NCBI RefSeq assembly: GCF_902713615.1
Contig: NC_052147.1
Span: 140,991,885 to 141,055,884 of the forward strand
DNA from: Scyliorhinus canicula
Taxonomy: Eukaryota
Reading direction: 5' to 3'
Length of the DNA: 64,000 nucleotides
Shown here: one piece after another, positions 61,793 through 64,000 of the stretch
Layout: each line of letters starts with the position of its first letter
Position numbering within the stretch: the first letter of the stretch is position 1
Made by a program: the position numbers and the translations under genes
The notes under the pieces: model-generated
Seen by the model: the letters and a program-made list of their open reading frames with translations, nothing else
What the model was told of the DNA's origin: nothing
Database searches by the model: none

Positions 61793-62544
61793 GGCCATTT
61801 GTGAGGGCAGTTGAGAGTCAATCACATTGCTGTGGATCTGGAGTCGCACGTAGGCAAGATCAGCTAAGAGAGTCAGATTTATTTCCTTAAAGGACATAAG
61901 TGAACAGATAGGTTTTAACGAAAATCGACAATGGTTTCATGATCACCATTATTGAGACTAACTTTTATATTCCAGGTTTATTTAATTTTTAAAAATAAAT
62001 TTAGAGTATCCAATTATTTTTTTTCCCAATTAAGGGCAATTTAGCGTGGCCAATCCACCTACCCAGCACATCTTTGGGTTGTGGGGGTGAAACCCACGCA
62101 GATACAGGGAGAATGTGCAAACTCCACACGGACAGTGACCCAGGGCCGGGATTCGCACCCGGGTCCTCAGCACCACAGTCCCAGTGCTACCCACTGCACC
62201 TTCATGCTGCCCCCAGGTTTATTTAATTGAATTTAAATTCAGCCAGCTGCCCAAACAGGATCCGCCTTCGAGCGATCAGCGAGGCAAAGGCTAAAACATC
62301 TGCGGGATTTGAACCCATGTCCCCAGAGCATTAGTCTGGGTCTTTAGGTTATTAGTCCAGTGACATTACCGCTTTAAGACTGTCATCCTATATTTGTTGT
62401 CTCCTCCTCCTTGTTTGAGATTCCTAATGATGGAATACAATACTTTCTCCAGGCGCTCTGTCTGGACCTGTAAAGACTTAATTAAAGTATCGTCTTACAT
62501 CATTGGCTTTGTCTATATATGTGTTTCTGGGCCCACCTCTTCAT

Positions 62545-62581
62545 TCACCTGAGGAAGGAGCTGTGCTCCGAAAGTTAGTGA
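62545..62581 (+). ncRNA. Minimal type I hammerhead ribozyme motif in a Penelope-like remnant (about 62460-62668)
   Basis: TCAC-CTGAGGA-a-GGAGC-tgt-GCTCC-GAAA-GTTA-GTGA. The stem III palindrome is mutated. Confidence 0.6.
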
Positions 62582-63331
62582 TTCGAAACAAATCTGTTGG
62601 ACTTTAACCTGGTGTTGTAAAACTGCTTACTGTGTCCACCCCAGTCCAACGCCGGCATCTCCACATCATGGCTACATTAACACTGCAATGAAGTTACTGT
62701 GAAAATCCCCTAGGCACTATGGCGCCTGTTCGGGTACACTGAGGGAGAATTCAGAATGTCCAATTCACCTAACAGTACGTCTTTTGGGACTTGTGGGAGG
62801 AAACCGGAGCACCCGGAAGAAAATCCATGCAGACGGGGAGAAAGTGAAGACTCTGCACAGACAGTGACCTAAGCCGGGAATCGAACCTGGGACCCTGGTG
62901 CTGTGAGGCAACAGTGCTGACCACTGTGCTACCGTGCTGTCCTGCACCCTGTATTGTTTTCACCCCTTTTCCTTCACTCACCTGTCCAATCTAATATTTA
63001 GTCATGTACCACAGCAAACCTTTGCATTCTCCACACAGCAAACTTCCAATTGCCCTGATTGCTGGAGGGACAAGGAGAGAATAAGCACAGGGAATAATGT
63101 CCAACAGCCAGCTGCAGATAAGATTCTGAGAAAAATTAAATGCTAACTGTGGAGAAATTCTGAACGATCTGCACCCACCTTGTTATTCTTTCAATTGCTA
63201 TTTTACCAACATTTCTAGTGTTTTCGTTTGCAGTTTCTTCTTTGAAACAGTTTGGGACCCAGCAATCGGATGATGTGCAGCAGTATACCATAAAGTGCTT
63301 ACTTTCATTCCAAATGTATATCCTTTTACAG

Positions 63332-63461
63332 CTGGATGCACAATGATCTCCAGGTGGCTTTAGTTGGGGCAAATGTGGATTTGAGCTACACCTACGATCA
63401 CCTTGGGGACTCTCCACAGGTGTTACAGGAGATCGCTTCAGGAAAGCACCCTTTCAACCAG
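63332..63461 (+). CDS. NDUFS1: NDUFS1 exon 13: [43 protein letters not shown]; the gene continues beyond the window
   Basis: AG/GT bounded, 130 nt. Confidence 0.97.
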
Positions 63462-63928
63462 GTATAGCTTATCCTGACTATGTTACGTTCATACTTTTTG
63501 TTTTATTTTAATCTATTTGTATTGACATTTCAATTTATTATGGTTCCAGATCAGACCCCACGGTGGCTAGGCTATTGGACAGAAACCCTATTATTTTATT
63601 TTTATTTTGTATTCCTGTAAGGAAAGGATACTTTGTTCCGGGACTGATTGCATGAAAAAAATAACAATATGGTACATTAAAACAAAGTTTATTATTAACA
63701 CAGTATTAAATCTTTAATATCACAATAGAAAATAGCTTACATAATTATCCCTTAAACAATACTACTCAACACAGTGAATACAATACCCTTACTTGCTATC
63801 TTTATTCTCACTTAAACAATAAGAAAAAAACCCATCTCCGCTCTAAATCTACCATAAATACCAGAAAAATACTTGCCTTACAGATATACTATTTGAGAAA
63901 GATCTCTTGACACTGCTTTAAAGACAAG

Positions 63929-64000
63929 GGGCGAAATACTCCGACCCCCGCAGGGTCGGAGAATCGCCCAGGACCGGTGAAAATCCTGCCCCCGCCGTGG
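63929..64000. mobile_element. Left end of a GC-rich MITE (same family as 37816)
   Basis: GGGCGAAATACTCCGACCCCCGCAGGGTCGGAGAATCGCCC. Confidence 0.6.

Noticed and set aside
63540-63925. Possible LTR-like segment after NDUFS1 exon 13
   Set aside because: AT-rich, interrupted by a MITE and cut by the window end; no termini or TSD could be verified.

Overview
Eukaryotic genomic DNA, most likely a shark: the window is dense in HE1/V-SINE-type SINEs and CR1/L1 LINEs (taxon is inference). It holds three syntenic host genes. (1) EEF1B2, complete, minus strand: 7 coding exons, 224 aa, TATA plus TCT/5'TOP start, and two intronic SNORD51 C/D snoRNA paralogues. (2) NDUFS1, plus strand, head-to-head with EEF1B2 across a ~0.4 kb bidirectional promoter: exons 1-13, continuing past the window end. 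(3) A ZDBF2-like gene, minus strand, identified from a DBF4-type zinc-finger exon near the window start. No GPR1/CMKLR2 ORF lies between ZDBF2 and EEF1B2. Mobile DNA includes a full-length pogo/Passer-type DD35D transposon with an intact ORF, perfect 20-bp TIRs and an AAG-TA-CTT target; Penelope-like remnants carrying minimal hammerhead ribozyme motifs in inverted pairs; four decayed L1 copies; CR1 fragments; Harbinger-like MITEs; a solo LTR; and more than 20 SINEs. A ~3.5 kb G-rich minisatellite fills EEF1B2 intron 1. Exon coordinates were counted by hand from splice signals and phase continuity. Repeat boundaries are approximate unless a TSD or TIR is cited.
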